From NCBI GenBank assembly GCA_963785265.1, contig CAWAUN010000010.1:25524-89523 (forward strand): a stretch of DNA of 64,000 bases, written 5' to 3'. The stretch is from an uncultured Acidobacteriaceae bacterium (lineage in GTDB: Bacteria > Acidobacteriota > Terriglobia > Terriglobales > Acidobacteriaceae). Both the position numbers and the translations under genes were made by a program. Positions within the stretch are counted from its first letter, which is position 1; the number at the start of each line of letters is the position of its first letter. Shown here piece after piece: positions 63,198 through 64,000 of the stretch. The notes under the pieces are model-generated. The model saw nothing but the letters and a program-made list of their open reading frames with translations. It was not told the origin of the DNA and searched no databases.

Positions 63198-64000
63198 GGA
63201 ATTGCCTCCTCTTTATCGAGAGCTTTCACGATCCTTGCCAACCGGTTCTTCGACGGTTGGTGGTAGTAGTCCTTGTCAATTTGCACCACCGGTGCCAGCG
63301 CGCAGCAACCGAGGCAATGCACCGTCTCCAGCGTGAACTGCTGCCGGCTATCGGTCTGTCCTGCCTGCAGGCCCAGCGCCGCGGAAACTCGCAGCAGCAT
63401 CTCTTCCGCTCCGCGCACATGGCACGCGGTACCGGTACAAACTTGTACACAGTGGCGGCCTCGCGGCTCGAGACTGAACGCTTCGTAGAAGTTCACAATC
63501 GTGAGAATCTCGGCAGGAACCACGTTCAGCCGGACTGCAATCCAGTGAATGATGTGGCGCGGAATCCAATGCAGTTTTTCCTGCACATCCAGGAGCACCT
63601 GGATCAGCGCTCCCTTTTGGAAGTCATACTTTTCCATGATGGAATCGGCTTCCAGCAACTCGTTGCGGATGTCGAGAATTGCCCGTTCCTTTTTCTTGAT
63701 TTGCCCGAGGCTCTCGGCGTGATACTTAGCCTCGGACTCGAGATAGGAGATCTCGTCAAGAAACTCGCGCTTGTTGAGTCCGAGAGAGTAGGCCTCGCTC
63801 AAAACACCGAGCCCCTCGAGCACGACGTCATTCTTATTGTGGGGCGCAACTATTGCGGCTTCCGCCGCTTTAGCAGGCTCTTTCGCCGCCTGGCGCAGAA
63901 CACTGAGGCTCATGCCACGGCGAACCGACTCCAGAAGTTTTTCGGGTTCGAAGGGCTTGGTAAGAAAATCGAAAGCCCCGACCTTCATCGATTCGACGGC
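63185..64000 (-). CDS. NuoE/HoxE-like 2Fe-2S subunit with an N-terminal response-regulator receiver domain (5' end outside the window)
   Basis: The ORF is open to the window edge (..AVESMKVGAFDFLTKPFEPEKLLESV is the alpha4-beta5-alpha5 end of a REC domain). A ~110-aa linker follows, then the NuoE fold with CTGTACHVRGA..CLGCCALAP. Confidence 0.8.
   Translation of the reverse strand, partial: AVESMKVGAFDFLTKPFEPEKLLESVRRGMSLSVLRQAAKEPAKAAEAAIVAPHNKNDVVLEGLGVLSEAYSLGLNKREFLDEISYLESEAKYHAESLGQIKKKERAILDIRNELLEADSIMEKYDFQKGALIQVLLDVQEKLHWIPRHIIHWIAVRLNVVPAEILTIVNFYEAFSLEPRGRHCVQVCTGTACHVRGAEEMLLRVSAALGLQAGQTDSRQQFTLETVHCLGCCALAPVVQIDKDYYHQPSKNRLARIVKALDKEEAIPCHD

Noticed and set aside
1-64000. 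tRNA, rRNA, tmRNA, RNase P RNA, CRISPR arrays and intact IS elements.
   Set aside because: By eye there is no T-arm GGTTCGAATCC-type motif in a cloverleaf context, no rRNA-like conserved blocks, no spaced short direct-repeat arrays and no transposase-length ORFs. A tRNAscan/Rfam/ISfinder run would confirm this.

Overview
Chromosomal segment of about 57% GC (estimated by eye). It is most consistent with an Acidobacteriota (Terriglobia-like) genome: there are Ig-like repeat proteins, a VWFA-type acidobacterial protein, a CarboxypepD_reg-type TonB-dependent receptor, and Ser/Thr kinase and PHP domains fused to TolB-like propellers. I support about 50 coding regions. I found no rRNA, tRNA, CRISPR array or intact mobile element. 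The window contains eight blocks. (1) Genes for secreted Ig-like and beta-propeller proteins. (2) An FHA / coiled-coil / large anchored protein operon, divergent from a Hanks-type kinase. (3) An 8-kb two-component and c-di-GMP effector island (PilZ, NtrC-type activator, REC-HD-GYP, hybrid kinase, CheY, REC-PilZ) flanked by two candidate sigma54 promoters that share a similar upstream inverted repeat. (4) An ECF sigma factor fused to two N-terminal AhpD/CMD-like modules, translationally coupled to a soluble ZAS-type anti-sigma and followed by two DM13 proteins. (5) A cluster of four hydrolase genes, three of which look decayed. (6) A nine-gene TetR-led operon resembling the lva / ACAD10-11 type 4-hydroxyacyl-CoA kinase pathway; it includes a 90-codon ORF, seen in the ORF track only as the tail of a longer alternative-frame ORF, that is ATGA-coupled at both ends. 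(7) A TonB-dependent receptor plus a LysR-controlled ACAD carrying an ADGPDEVH motif. (8) A HoxEFU-like diaphorase operon whose E-like subunit carries a receiver domain. Several short gene relics (SRAP/YedK, integrase, wHTH) are also present. All calls come from reading the sequence and the ORF translations; no database search was run.
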